From contig CAZNTG010000006.1 of the NCBI GenBank assembly GCA_964575955.1, forward strand, positions 160,001-224,000: DNA of 64,000 bases, given 5' to 3'. The stretch's first letter is position 1; every line of letters starts with the position of its first letter. A program made the translations under genes and the position numbers. Source of the stretch: an uncultured Thermoproteaceae archaeon (GTDB lineage Archaea > Thermoproteota > Thermoprotei > Thermoproteales > Thermocladiaceae). Positions 1 through 10,819 of this stretch are shown here, piece by piece. The notes under the pieces were generated by a model, which saw only the letters and a list, made by a program, of their open reading frames with translations, was not told the origin of the DNA and ran no database searches.

Positions 1-68
1 AATATGATGAATATTGGAAGATAATTGGAAAGATATATGAGAGTGGAGGTATATACATAAACATGTAG
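1..68 (+). CDS. 3' end of an unidentified CDS (partial)
   Basis: Frame 3 is open from the window edge (YDEYWKIIGKIYESGGIYINM) to TAG at 66-68. Confidence 0.45.
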   Translation, partial: YDEYWKIIGKIYESGGIYINM

Positions 69-100
69 GTCTAAGTTTCTAAATTTATTTTTTGAGATAG

Positions 101-150
101 TCAGTAAGGGGTGAATTCTTCATGTTTCTGACCGGAAACCTTTTCATCAT
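101..150 (-). ncRNA. C/D box guide sRNA
   Basis: Minus strand reads ATGATGA (C) - AAAGGTTTCCGGT - CAGA (D') - AAC - ATGAAGA (C') - ATTCACCCCTTA - CTGA (D); intergenic, with 12-13 nt guides. Confidence 0.8.
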
Positions 151-204
151 GTATGTTTTTATTTATACGCTAGTTATTTATATGTTTCTTTTTCTGTTTC
201 TATC

Positions 205-870
205 ATGAGACGTATATTGTTTATTGCTGTTGGAGTTGCTGTTATTATTGCAATTGTTAGTTTAGTGTTGTTTGTATATGGTTTTCATGGTAAGTCTAGA
301 TGTTATACTCCTCTAGAAGTTTATAGTAAGGTTGGTAGTTCTATAATTAGTCATCCATTTTATGCTAAGTATGTTGTAGAGATTTCTGAAGATGGTATTG
401 TTAAGAGTTTTAATATTATTTTAGAATCTGATGGTAGAGGTATGTGTTTATTGAAGTATATGTCTGAATATGCAAACTATGTTATTGTTCTATCGAGATC
501 TGGAGATGTATATACTATATGTAGGATTGTTAAGACTGTATCTATGAATAATCCTGTAACTACTATGAGTATTATAAATTCTTCAAGTGGATATCCACTT
601 CAAATACTATTTTATAAGAGTGGTCTTTCAGGAATTTTTAATGCAATTACTGTAGCTATAGTTAAGGGTAGATGTATTGAAAATTCATATGTTGTGAAGT
701 ATGGTGGTTATAATATAACTGTCATACTTTTAAATAAGTCTGGACTATATATACCTAAGCTTGTCAAGATTGTTGGTAAGAATGGTACTATCGTTATGAA
801 GCTTGTCAAGTTTTTCAATATGTATGATCCACTAGATTTTGATAAGGTTACTAAACTTTGTATTGAATAA
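205..870 (+). CDS. N-terminally membrane-anchored hypothetical protein
   Basis: 221 aa ORF with an N-terminal hydrophobic helix, next to the ABC exporter genes. Confidence 0.65.
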   Translation: MRRILFIAVGVAVIIAIVSLVLFVYGFHGKSRCYTPLEVYSKVGSSIISHPFYAKYVVEISEDGIVKSFNIILESDGRGMCLLKYMSEYANYVIVLSRSGDVYTICRIVKTVSMNNPVTTMSIINSSSGYPLQILFYKSGLSGIFNAITVAIVKGRCIENSYVVKYGGYNITVILLNKSGLYIPKLVKIVGKNGTIVMKLVKFFNMYDPLDFDKVTKLCIE

Positions 871-1594
871 TCTGTGTTAACTCTCTTATAAGATTGTCAA
901 TTTCATGTTTTTCATAAGTTTTAACTATTTTACCACCTCTAAGTCTAGTAACTCTAGTACAGTATGGAAGTAGTTCTATATTATGTGTTGCAAGTATTAT
1001 AGTAATTCCAAATTCCTTATTAAGTCTTGATAATATTTCCATAACATTTTTAGTAGATTCAACATCTAGATTACCTGTTGGTTCATCTGCAAGTAGTATT
1101 TTTGGTCTACCTACAATTGCTCTAGCAATCGCAACACGCTGTTGTTCACCACCACTAAGCTGTGTTGGTTTCATAAATGCTTTTTCTTTAAGTCCAACAG
1201 CTTCAAGAACTTCCATAGCTAATCTCCTTCTCTCACTCTTCGAAACTCCCTTAGCTATCAGTGGAAGTTCAACATTTTCAATAACTGTCATTCTAGGTAT
1301 TAGATAGAATTGTTGAAATACAAATCCTATTAAATCTCTTCTAAGTTTTGATAATTCATCTTCACTTAATCTATTAAGTTCAAGACCGCAAACTTTAACA
1401 ATACCCCTACTAGGCTTTTCAATACCACCAATAATGCTTAACAGTGTTGATTTACCACTACCTGAAGGTCCAATTATACAGTGAAATTCTCCATCATCAA
1501 TACATAGATTAACTTCTTGAAGAGCTACAACTCTACTCTCACCAATCTTATACACCTTCCACACATCTCTCAATTCAACAATAATCTCACTCAT
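851..1594 (-). CDS. ABC transporter ATP-binding protein (LolD/MacB type)
   Basis: Walker A GPSGSGKST, LSGGEQQRVAIARA signature, LLADEPTGNLD, H-loop ATH. Confidence 0.95.
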   Translation of the reverse strand: MSEIIVELRDVWKVYKIGESRVVALQEVNLCIDDGEFHCIIGPSGSGKSTLLSIIGGIEKPSRGIVKVCGLELNRLSEDELSKLRRDLIGFVFQQFYLIPRMTVIENVELPLIAKGVSKSERRRLAMEVLEAVGLKEKAFMKPTQLSGGEQQRVAIARAIVGRPKILLADEPTGNLDVESTKNVMEILSRLNKEFGITIILATHNIELLPYCTRVTRLRGGKIVKTYEKHEIDNLIRELTQIIQYKV

Positions 1595-3342
1595 GATCTC
1601 ACTCTCCTCCTATATGCAATAACTATGGATATTACAATAACTAAAATTACTACACAGGCAACTATGTACGGTATGTACATCATACTTCCTGAAATTTTTA
1701 CATTAGAGTATGAGAAAAGTTGTGTTAAACTACCTTTAACAACTTTCACATATTCTGTCCTTACTATCCTATGAATCTTACCGTACGGATCTAGATATGT
1801 TATAACAATCTTATAACTCAACAATCCACTTCTAGTTATATTAAACGTGAATGTTGCAGGAACTTGAGAATACGGTTCTTCTCTAACATATACACTATAT
1901 GTAGGTGTTATTGGTTCTAAACCTATACCAGGAATTATGCTAATATTTACATTATATGCAGATGCTGTACCATAATTCTCAACTAGTAGAGATATTACAA
2001 GTGTCTCACCAACATATGGAGTTTTTGGAACTACCGTAATCTGTGAAATCTGTAAGTTTGGCATTGGAAGTTTCTCAATAGTTAAAGTACCATATTTATA
2101 CATCAATATTCCTGTTGGTATACTATATGTCAATAGGTATGTTATTGCAACGCTACTCTGCATAGACATAGATTGAGTAGATATTCTTGGAGTTACGATT
2201 GTGATATTGATAGATTTACAAGATCCTGAATCTATAGTACCAACAGGAATTTTTGAACTACTTCTAAGAACTGCACCTCTAACAGACTCTACAGTAAGAG
2301 TCACATTTGTTATAGGTGAAGAATACATATTGCATATCTCAATACTGACATTACTAGTCTCTCCAAGTGGTACTGAAAGTGTTTTAGGATATACTTGAAC
2401 AAGACCGTAAGATGTTATTGATAGTACAATACTCCTATCAACAGTATGTATATTGCCTATAGAATCAACATAAGATCCATAAATTCTCAAAATTGAAAAT
2501 CCAACATTACTAGCAGTAACTATCAACATATTATCACTAAAACATTCACCAACCTTCAATACACTTCTATAAACATTTAAACTACTAGTATTTACAACAG
2601 TTATAGTTGTTGATGATGGTGTTATTCCAAAACTCAACTTTAAATCATACACATTACCTGAACCATAATTACAAATCTTAACATTTAGAAGATATTTAGA
2701 ACTTGGAGATAGTGTTGTCGGATTTACAAATATCTTCAATAGTGGATTTCCAGGTATGTATATTGTATAGTTTATCTTCTGTTCCTTAGGAATAACACTA
2801 ATAGCATATCCTGGAACTAGAACACCACCTCTAGATACTAAAACTTCTAACTCTTTTTCCCACCATATGATAATTTTAACAATATGCCATTTATCAACTG
2901 TCGTATTTGTAATAATATTGAAATTTATAGTCTGGTATGGATATATGAGTGAATATTGTATTGGTAGTGGTGTTATTGTTGTTGAATTATATACATATAC
3001 GTAAATTTTAACATTTTTCAAGAATGTATCTTTAACATGTATTAAACATATACTTAACAAAACAGGACCTTTCTTCAATGTTGTAGTTCTAATAACTTTA
3101 ACTCCACATAGTTTAAATTGGTAGTTGTTAGCAAATATTTGAGGTATTGATAACACTATGATACATATAGTTACTATTGCTAAAAATCTCAATAAGTTAC
3201 TCATGAATTGTCTAGACATAGATATTTTCACAAGTTTTAACAATTTAATAAATCCTACTACATGCATTTCATAGACAACTTTAAATACTTGAAATACAGT
3301 ACTGATTGAAGTTACCTGTGAGACTTGTAGATTACTTCTCAA
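1591..3342 (-). CDS. S-layer-like/CARDB (COG1361-type) surface protein; true start probably near 3204 (MSNLLRF)
   Basis: Signal-like hydrophobic segment, repeated beta-rich Ig-like units (NYGSGNVYDL, NYGTASAYNV), C-terminal TM helix and basic tail; in an ABC exporter cluster. Confidence 0.75.
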   Translation of the reverse strand: MRSNLQVSQVTSISTVFQVFKVVYEMHVVGFIKLLKLVKISMSRQFMSNLLRFLAIVTICIIVLSIPQIFANNYQFKLCGVKVIRTTTLKKGPVLLSICLIHVKDTFLKNVKIYVYVYNSTTITPLPIQYSLIYPYQTINFNIITNTTVDKWHIVKIIIWWEKELEVLVSRGGVLVPGYAISVIPKEQKINYTIYIPGNPLLKIFVNPTTLSPSSKYLLNVKICNYGSGNVYDLKLSFGITPSSTTITVVNTSSLNVYRSVLKVGECFSDNMLIVTASNVGFSILRIYGSYVDSIGNIHTVDRSIVLSITSYGLVQVYPKTLSVPLGETSNVSIEICNMYSSPITNVTLTVESVRGAVLRSSSKIPVGTIDSGSCKSINITIVTPRISTQSMSMQSSVAITYLLTYSIPTGILMYKYGTLTIEKLPMPNLQISQITVVPKTPYVGETLVISLLVENYGTASAYNVNISIIPGIGLEPITPTYSVYVREEPYSQVPATFTFNITRSGLLSYKIVITYLDPYGKIHRIVRTEYVKVVKGSLTQLFSYSNVKISGSMMYIPYIVACVVILVIVISIVIAYRRRVRS

Positions 3343-4487
3343 TGTCTTGGAGATCTATATGGGAACGTAGAGGTAGGACTATAGGTTCTATAATTGGCAT
3401 AATTATAGCTGTTCTAGCACTTGGAGCTGCTCTAGGTATTGGTCAAGGTCTTAGATGTAAAGTTATGTCACTTATGGCAACTATCTTTGGAGTTAATGTT
3501 GTATATGTAATACCTACACATGGAGTATTGACATTTGCACAAATTGCACAACTAGCCTCAATACCATACGTTAAGAATGTTATACCAATATGCTTCACAT
3601 ATGGTGTAGCATATGTTGGTGGTAAGAAAATTAGTGTACAGATATTAGCAACAACACTATCAGGAGTATTGAGACTTATAGGTGCATCATCACTAAAACA
3701 AATGTTAATTCAGGGAAGTCCAGTACTAGCTCCTGGAACAGCATTGATAGGGTATAATATTGCATTTACCTCAAGTGGTCTTCAAGTAGTCTATCCTGGT
3801 CAGAAGATTGTTATTAAAACTATGACTGGAAGATTCATAACTCTCAAAGTTACAGGTATTCTAGCACCAACATACGTTGTAGGTTATGCAAATCCTAATA
3901 AAGCAATATTTGTTGATTTTAACACATATTTCACATTTATAAAATCTGTAAGAGGTTACGATATAGCACTTGTATATGTAACATCACTATCTAAGATAGA
4001 TTATGTTGTAAAACTCATAAAGAAGATGTATCCAACTTATGAAGTATTTAATCCACAGACAATACTACAGAGCTACAATACTTTTCTAACAGGTCTTGAA
4101 CTATTCCTAACAGCTGTAGCAGCTGTAGGTACATTGATAATAGGTTTATGGATGTTTGATACAATGACTATGAGTGTTATTCAGAGAACTCGTGAAATAG
4201 GTGTTATGAAAGCTGTAGGATTTACAAGTAGACAAATATTCTTCTTAATACTATTCGAGGCGATAGTAATATCGATTGTTGGTGTAGCTATAGGAGATGT
4301 ACTACTCGGAATAATTTCAAGATTTATAACACTTCGTCTAGGATTTCTACAAATACCAATAATGATAACACCAATATCACTACTCATAGTGTCTATAGTA
4401 CCCATAATTGCAAACATAATTGCAGCATTATGGCCTGCTATGAGAGCAACAAGAATAACACCACTACAAGCATTAAGGACAGAATAG
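3306..4487 (+). CDS. ABC transporter permease (MacB/FtsX family)
   Basis: N-terminal TM, large extracellular loop, QRTREIGVMKAVG motif, C-terminal PAMRATRITPLQALR. Confidence 0.92.
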   Translation: MKLPVRLVDYFSMSWRSIWERRGRTIGSIIGIIIAVLALGAALGIGQGLRCKVMSLMATIFGVNVVYVIPTHGVLTFAQIAQLASIPYVKNVIPICFTYGVAYVGGKKISVQILATTLSGVLRLIGASSLKQMLIQGSPVLAPGTALIGYNIAFTSSGLQVVYPGQKIVIKTMTGRFITLKVTGILAPTYVVGYANPNKAIFVDFNTYFTFIKSVRGYDIALVYVTSLSKIDYVVKLIKKMYPTYEVFNPQTILQSYNTFLTGLELFLTAVAAVGTLIIGLWMFDTMTMSVIQRTREIGVMKAVGFTSRQIFFLILFEAIVISIVGVAIGDVLLGIISRFITLRLGFLQIPIMITPISLLIVSIVPIIANIIAALWPAMRATRITPLQALRTE

Positions 4488-4488
4488 T

Positions 4489-5400
4489 TTAGATAATTTC
4501 AAAAATTTTGAAAGATCTACCAATCAATACCTCTCTCACGACTCTACCATCTACATATCTAATAACAGTACCATCTTCCTGAACATATTGATTTGAAGAT
4601 GCATATACTATAGATCTAGTATACATTCTCAATCTAACTTGAATAGAATCTTTAACAGTTGAAGTACATACATGTATATTTAAATCTCTAAACTTCCTAG
4701 ATAAAATATTCAAAACCTTAATACATGACTCATAGCTACCTCTTAAAAATCCTCTATAATCAACTTCATATCCACGATTAATTATGTTATCAACATTTGA
4801 ATCATTTATATCAACCTCATTTAAATTTACAAAACTTATAATATCTCTATGATATAGATCTTCGACTACATTAACAATATTTTCTTCCCATCCCGGAAAT
4901 ACAGGTACTTCAACTCCAATATCAAAAGTGGTGTCCCTTAAATATTTAATATTTATTAATACTTTGTGTAGAGCTTCTCTGCATGTTATATGTAGTCTAA
5001 GTTCATCTATAGGAATTTGACATATCTTCATTAAGAAATGTCTACTCCACGATATTGGGTTTGTATATATGTGTATATGAAAATCTTCTCCATACTCTCT
5101 CTTTAAAAATCTACATAGTTCGCATAATCTATCATCTACTAATGATGGTTCACCACCTGTAATTGCTACACCTCTACTAAGACTATTCTCAATTTCTTCC
5201 AGTATAGTTATCAAATTTGCATTTACATCATTTATGTATATTACATCTCTACCTTTCCTATCTCTACTCACTGGACAGTAAAAACATTTAACATTACATA
5301 GACCTGTTATAAATATGACACTTTTAAGACCTAGTAGACAAAGTTCACATCCTCTAGGTAACTTACCGTGGTATATGTTTCCTCTCTCAATATTTATCAT
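4489..5400 (-). CDS. Radical SAM protein (archaeal COG2108-like)
   Basis: CNVKCFYC (CxxxCxxC), ITGGEP, upstream GCELC. Confidence 0.85.
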   Translation of the reverse strand: MINIERGNIYHGKLPRGCELCLLGLKSVIFITGLCNVKCFYCPVSRDRKGRDVIYINDVNANLITILEEIENSLSRGVAITGGEPSLVDDRLCELCRFLKREYGEDFHIHIYTNPISWSRHFLMKICQIPIDELRLHITCREALHKVLINIKYLRDTTFDIGVEVPVFPGWEENIVNVVEDLYHRDIISFVNLNEVDINDSNVDNIINRGYEVDYRGFLRGSYESCIKVLNILSRKFRDLNIHVCTSTVKDSIQVRLRMYTRSIVYASSNQYVQEDGTVIRYVDGRVVREVLIGRSFKIFEII

Positions 5401-6509
5401 AATTCTACTTCTCTCAACTTTCTAGCAGTATCTTCAGGATATGTAACTATTACAGGTTCTTCATGAAGAAGTTCTATGAATCCAATATCGTTAGTGTAGT
5501 ATGGTATTGGTTCTTTTCTAGTAACTAGTCTCATAAATAGTCTAAAGTATCTATGATTTTGAGAAGCAGATGTTGAATATATTGAGAAATTGAATGATCT
5601 TTGACCTAGCACATATCTATAACCTCTAAGTACTAGACATATAGATTTAGAGAGATTTTTTATATCAAAATCTTCAAAATTTAATATATCTACCTCATCT
5701 CTATGTACTATATGTACCTCATTGTAAGACTTTGGTGAGTATGCAGCAAATATTGTAAAACTTTCAATTTCTCTAATAAGTCTATCTTTTAGATATATCT
5801 CACTCTCAACATAATCAAGCATCATATTTCTTAAAAACTTCCTGTAGTATAGTCTACACCTTCTTAGAATCTCGTAATGATATGTTGATGGGTATTTACT
5901 TGCAAATACCTGTATATGTGCATGTGGAATAGAACTTCCTGCTGGAAATAGGAAGTTCATATTAATGTAGTGGTATTTATAATCTTTTCCTAATTTCTTA
6001 AAATATTCTATACATGAGTGTATTATATCTTCAAGATATTCACATATATCTGAAACATCTATTTCATGTCTATCTGGATCTATTATACCAATTACATGTG
6101 TATCAGCAAATGGGTATAGGTTTGGAGTTATGATTACCTTTCCAAATCTTATTCTTGTATTATCTACAAATTTTGGAGTTAAATTCTCAACTCTATCTCT
6201 ACAGAAGACACAGGTATTGTAAGTCTCTTTAAATATCTTATCTACACACTCCTCAATTTCTTTCTCATCAACCTTCCTCTCTCTTAGAGCTCTTTCAACA
6301 TTTATTCTACACCACCTACCTGTAAGTGGATCTCTTCTTCTCTCAATCACATACTCTCTAATTGAAAAGTTAAGTCTTGGATCTCTAAGTTTTGCAATTT
6401 CAATAATCTTCACATACCTAATACCTCCAATACCTCTAACAACTTCAACATACATACGTATGGTATATCTAGAAGATTTGTAGTATATATGCAAGATGTT
6501 TGAAGTCAA
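5397..6509 (-). CDS. galT: Galactose-1-phosphate uridylyltransferase family (HIT fold); true start likely downstream of the ORF start
   Basis: RRDPLTG, CVFC, PNLYP, AGSSIPHAHIQ motif. Confidence 0.8.
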   Translation of the reverse strand: MTSNILHIYYKSSRYTIRMYVEVVRGIGGIRYVKIIEIAKLRDPRLNFSIREYVIERRRDPLTGRWCRINVERALRERKVDEKEIEECVDKIFKETYNTCVFCRDRVENLTPKFVDNTRIRFGKVIITPNLYPFADTHVIGIIDPDRHEIDVSDICEYLEDIIHSCIEYFKKLGKDYKYHYINMNFLFPAGSSIPHAHIQVFASKYPSTYHYEILRRCRLYYRKFLRNMMLDYVESEIYLKDRLIREIESFTIFAAYSPKSYNEVHIVHRDEVDILNFEDFDIKNLSKSICLVLRGYRYVLGQRSFNFSIYSTSASQNHRYFRLFMRLVTRKEPIPYYTNDIGFIELLHEEPVIVTYPEDTARKLREVEL

Positions 6510-7485
6510 ATGTACACGATGTGGTAAGAGAACAGCATTCTATCTTAGACAGTCTTCAGGAGAAGCACTATGTAAACAATGTTTTATAAAATCTATAGAA
6601 GATAAGTTTTTAAGAACTATAAGAGATTATGAGATGTTTAATAATGATGATAGTGTTGGTATTGCAGTAAGTGGTGGTAAAGATAGTCTTGTACTGCTAA
6701 ACCTATTTTTTAAAAATATTAACAAACCACCTATCAGAAATATAAAGAGAATTTTAGTATTTACAGTAGATGAAGAGTTGGAGTATAGTAAGTATAAGTT
6801 AACTAGAGTTCAATATATTGAAGATATATGTAGAAAGTATGGTGTTGAATATAGAGTATATAGAATTAGTGAGTTATTAGGAGTATCTGTATCTGAGGTA
6901 TATGAGAAATTGAGAATTAAAGGTGAAAATGTGAATATGTGTACTATATGTGGAGTTTTTAGAAGAAGAGCTATTAACGAGATTGCACATAGAGAAGGTT
7001 TAACAAAAATTGTCACAGCACATAATCTGGATGATGAAGCACAGACAGTACTACTAAACGTATTTTCTAATGATTTAAAGAGATTTAAATGGTTTGGAAC
7101 TATAACAGGTGAGGATGTTGAATACTTCATACCTCGTGTAAAACCTCTAAGATATATTAGAGAGGAGGAAATTGCAATATATGCATATCTGATGAATATA
7201 CCAATGTTAGAGAGAGAATGTCCATATGTAAGAAATAATCCTAGATATAGTCTTAAGTTTATACTCTCAGAATTAGAGAAGAAAAATCCAAATATAAAAT
7301 ATATGATAGTATCTTTTGGAGATTCACTATCAAGACTATTAAAAGATTATAAATATTTTGAGAAAAGGGTAAAAGTATCTAAATGTGAAATATGTGGAAT
7401 ACCAACAACAGGAAATATATGTAGAACTTGTGAACTTGTAGTTAATGCAGGACTACTTGATAAATACATTCTTAAGAAGACTTAA
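6496..7485 (+). CDS. tRNA 2-thiolation protein (TtcA/Ncs6/NcsA, TIGR00269 family)
   Basis: SGGKDS PP-loop, CTICGVFRR, AHNLDDEAQT, N- and C-terminal zinc fingers. Confidence 0.9.
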   Translation: MFEVKCTRCGKRTAFYLRQSSGEALCKQCFIKSIEDKFLRTIRDYEMFNNDDSVGIAVSGGKDSLVLLNLFFKNINKPPIRNIKRILVFTVDEELEYSKYKLTRVQYIEDICRKYGVEYRVYRISELLGVSVSEVYEKLRIKGENVNMCTICGVFRRRAINEIAHREGLTKIVTAHNLDDEAQTVLLNVFSNDLKRFKWFGTITGEDVEYFIPRVKPLRYIREEEIAIYAYLMNIPMLERECPYVRNNPRYSLKFILSELEKKNPNIKYMIVSFGDSLSRLLKDYKYFEKRVKVSKCEICGIPTTGNICRTCELVVNAGLLDKYILKKT

Positions 7486-8212
7486 ATTCGACTTCAACAG
7501 TTATAGAATGTTCATTCTTGATATTAATATTCATATCATACCTATATTTACTTCTATACAATTCCTCAATCATGCCTTTCAGATACTCTAAAACTATGTT
7601 AACATCTATACAGTCTGACAGTTCCAAGACTACCTTAGTATTACACTGTATCTTTACATTATCTATCTTACATAATCCTCTTAATTGCAATGTTTTTGAT
7701 AGTTCTAGAAGATCTTCAACTATTGGATCCTGAATTGAGAAGTAGTTTTTTACAAATTTTGCATCAAACCTACCCATGAAGTATGCAACCTTCATTAATG
7801 ATGACAATTCATCTTTAGCTAAGTCTTGAAGTAGGTCTTTATCAAGTATGACAACACTTCTACCTCTAAATGTTGGTCTTATAAATCTTGGTAAGACTAC
7901 AGGACTTGCTCTCATGTATCTGTAAAATACTTCCTTAACAAATGAGAAACTCTTAATCTTCTGTATAACATCATCAATACTAGTCATACATCTTGTAAGA
8001 TCTACAACAAAGTAGAATGAGTGTTCAAGAGCATTAACACTCACATTCAATATATTTATACCATTATCAGCAAATACGTTAGAAATTGCTGCCAAAAGTC
8101 CTGGCCTATCTTCACTTGTGAAAATACAGACTTCACATAGAGTAAATGGAGTTGATGATGTGTATGCTAGAAAAAGTTCATTATTAACAATCTCTTCAGA
8201 TTTAGAAGCCAC
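7472..8212 (-). CDS. ACT domain regulatory protein
   Basis: EDRPGLLAAISNVFADNGINI ACT motif. Confidence 0.8.
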   Translation of the reverse strand: MASKSEEIVNNELFLAYTSSTPFTLCEVCIFTSEDRPGLLAAISNVFADNGINILNVSVNALEHSFYFVVDLTRCMTSIDDVIQKIKSFSFVKEVFYRYMRASPVVLPRFIRPTFRGRSVVILDKDLLQDLAKDELSSLMKVAYFMGRFDAKFVKNYFSIQDPIVEDLLELSKTLQLRGLCKIDNVKIQCNTKVVLELSDCIDVNIVLEYLKGMIEELYRSKYRYDMNINIKNEHSITVEVEFKSS

Positions 8213-8227
8213 GTCACATGTTGTAAA

Positions 8228-9157
8228 GTGGGCTTTAAAAGATTTCTAAATAATATAGTAATGATAAAATTCGTGGAAGGTAACATCATTCGTAGATTTG
8301 ATCCTTGGAGAGGAAAACTCTGTACATGTCCACCTAAATATTCACTAAATCCATATACAGGATGTAGCCATATGTGTATTTATTGCTATGCAACATCATA
8401 TATTGGTAGGAGAAGAAGTACACCTAAGAAAGATGTAGTTGATAGAGTTATGAGAGATTTGAAGAAAATTGATAAGAATTTAATAATAAACATGTCAACA
8501 TCTAGTGATCCTTACCCACCTGAAGAGATTGATCTTAAAGTAACTAGAAAAATATTGAAAATATTGATAGGTAATGGTTGTAAAATTCTAATAACTACGA
8601 AGAGTAGTATAGTTGTTAGAGATATAGATATTTTGAAGAGTGGTAGATGTGCTGTGATGATTACTATAACAACATTAGATAAGAATCTTTCAAAGAAGTT
8701 AGAGCCTAACGCACCACCTCCTGAAGAGAGATTGAGGGCTTTAGAAAAACTTTCTAATGAGAATATACCTGTAGGTGTTAGAATAGATCCAATAATACCG
8801 TATGTTAATAATGATGAGAAGATTTTGAAAGAACTTGTTAAGACTGTTGTAGATTTAGGAGCTAGACATATAACTACATCAACATATAAGGCTAAGCCAG
8901 ATAATTTCAAAAGAGTTATACAGACATTTCCAGAACTTGAAGATAAGTTACGTAAGTTGTATTATGAAAATTCTGAAATTATTAATGGTTATAGATATCT
9001 CAATATTAAAATTAGGAAAGAAATATTGAGACCTATTATAGAAGAAGCATCAAAATTTGGTATTACATATGCAACTTGTAGAGAAGGAATTTTAGAGTAT
9101 AGAAATTCAAAATCTTGTGATGGTTCTCATCTAATAGAGCTTATAAACTATGCATAG
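8228..9157 (+). CDS. Radical SAM protein, spore photoproduct lyase-like family
   Basis: NPYTGCSHMCIYCYA, SSDPYPP, ITTKS, RIDPIIP. Confidence 0.85.
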   Translation: MGFKRFLNNIVMIKFVEGNIIRRFDPWRGKLCTCPPKYSLNPYTGCSHMCIYCYATSYIGRRRSTPKKDVVDRVMRDLKKIDKNLIINMSTSSDPYPPEEIDLKVTRKILKILIGNGCKILITTKSSIVVRDIDILKSGRCAVMITITTLDKNLSKKLEPNAPPPEERLRALEKLSNENIPVGVRIDPIIPYVNNDEKILKELVKTVVDLGARHITTSTYKAKPDNFKRVIQTFPELEDKLRKLYYENSEIINGYRYLNIKIRKEILRPIIEEASKFGITYATCREGILEYRNSKSCDGSHLIELINYA

Positions 9158-9159
9158 TA

Positions 9160-10269
9160 CTATCTCAATATTTCGAGTATATTTTTCTCATATGGTGGAT
9201 ATATTACTCCATACTCTGTCACTATCGCTGTCACGTATTTTGGTGGTGTTATGTCAAATACTGGATTATATACAGGTGCGTCAGGAAGTGTTATTAAGAC
9301 ATCTCTAACTTTCCTAACCTCATCAGGATCTCTCTCCTCTATAATAACCTCATCGATCCTCCTCTCTAAATCAAATGTTGATTTTGGTGCTGCTACGTAG
9401 AATGGTATGCCAAGTTCATGTGCTATTACAGCCTGTTTAAATGTTCCTATCTTATTTATCACATGACCATCTTTGAGTATTCTATCAGCACCAACAATTA
9501 CAGAATCTACTAATCCTCTATACATCACATATCCAACAGCTGTATCAGATATCAATACGTATGGTATACCTTCTACATGTAGTTCATATACTGTCAATCT
9601 AGCTCCCTGTAACCATGGTCTTGTCTCTGGCACATAGACCTTTATTGTATGTCCTAAATACTTCGCTATTCTTACAGGTGCTAATGCTGTTCCAATACCT
9701 GCACCTGCAAGACCACCAGCATTACACTGTGTCATCACTGATTCACAATTTTTCAATTTTTCAAAACCGTACACACCTATCTTCAACTCAATTTCAAACT
9801 CCTCTTCATGAATTCTATTAGCCTCATTCTCTAACTCTCTTAAAAGTTCTTCAATCTTTTTAATACCTTCATCATGTATAAGTTTTTTAGCATAATTTAA
9901 CATACGTTTAACAGCCCATTCAAGATTTACAGCTGTTGGTCTTGCAGATATTAGATAGTTTGCACATTTTTCTAAATATTTTAAAAATTCTTCAATATCT
10001 GAAATTTTTCTAAATCCTTCATATGCTGCTAAAACCATTCCATAAGCAGCACAAATACCAATTGCAGGTGCACCACGTACATACATCTCTTTAATAGCTT
10101 TAAAAACATCTTCAACATTAGAAGCTTCAAAATAATATTCTCGAAATGGTAATAATCTTTGATCTAAAATTTTCAAAATCTTCTTTTCAGAATCCCATAT
10201 TAATGGTCTAACTTTAGGCTTTACAATACTCTTCAACTCTTCAATACTTGGTATAGACTTCACAGACAT
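9160..10269 (-). CDS. mtnA: Methylthioribose-1-phosphate isomerase (eIF2B-like family)
   Basis: LDQRLLP, VRGAPAIG, RPTAVNL, ETRPWLQGARLT, GADRI, NKIGT, FDITP. Confidence 0.9.
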   Translation of the reverse strand: MSVKSIPSIEELKSIVKPKVRPLIWDSEKKILKILDQRLLPFREYYFEASNVEDVFKAIKEMYVRGAPAIGICAAYGMVLAAYEGFRKISDIEEFLKYLEKCANYLISARPTAVNLEWAVKRMLNYAKKLIHDEGIKKIEELLRELENEANRIHEEEFEIELKIGVYGFEKLKNCESVMTQCNAGGLAGAGIGTALAPVRIAKYLGHTIKVYVPETRPWLQGARLTVYELHVEGIPYVLISDTAVGYVMYRGLVDSVIVGADRILKDGHVINKIGTFKQAVIAHELGIPFYVAAPKSTFDLERRIDEVIIEERDPDEVRKVRDVLITLPDAPVYNPVFDITPPKYVTAIVTEYGVIYPPYEKNILEILR

Positions 10270-10298
10270 CTATACTATGTGAAAACTTAACAACTATA

Positions 10299-10760
10299 CT
10301 ACTCTACAACTATCTTCTTAGTAGATTCCCATAAACCATGATTTACACAATATGCAATAACGTGTAGATATCCTGATTTTCTCAATGTTAAAGTTATGCA
10401 AAGTTCAGGATGTGAATATTCAGGTACTAAATTAATTCTAGCTATGTGTATTGGATTAAATTGTCTATCTTCCTCTGTGAAGTATATATCGATATGAGAT
10501 ATGTAATGATCAATTCTGTTAGGATGATCTTTAATGAATATTCTAACTTTAAACTTCTCACCTCTCTTAACAACATCAGGACATTCAATATTTGGCATGT
10601 GTGTACTAGCCTTATCTTTAACATCTTCAGGAATGTTTCCAACTCTATAGATATTACTACAGATATCCACTGCAACCATGTAGATTAGCTTCTCTAAATC
10701 TCTTAAATTCCTAACTAAGTTAGCAAGATATGTTAAACATGTGTGAATATCTATATGCAA
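10299..10760 (-). CDS. Superoxide reductase-like (class II SORL/desulfoferrodoxin) protein; start likely ~10679
   Basis: H-x-P, HPNRIDHYI, YCVNHGLW iron-ligand pattern. Confidence 0.85.
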   Translation of the reverse strand: MHIDIHTCLTYLANLVRNLRDLEKLIYMVAVDICSNIYRVGNIPEDVKDKASTHMPNIECPDVVKRGEKFKVRIFIKDHPNRIDHYISHIDIYFTEEDRQFNPIHIARINLVPEYSHPELCITLTLRKSGYLHVIAYCVNHGLWESTKKIVVE

Positions 10761-10819
10761 TATCTAATGGTTGAAAGAGAAAGTTAAATTAGTATTAAAC
10801 ATCTTAGTAACGTACGAAC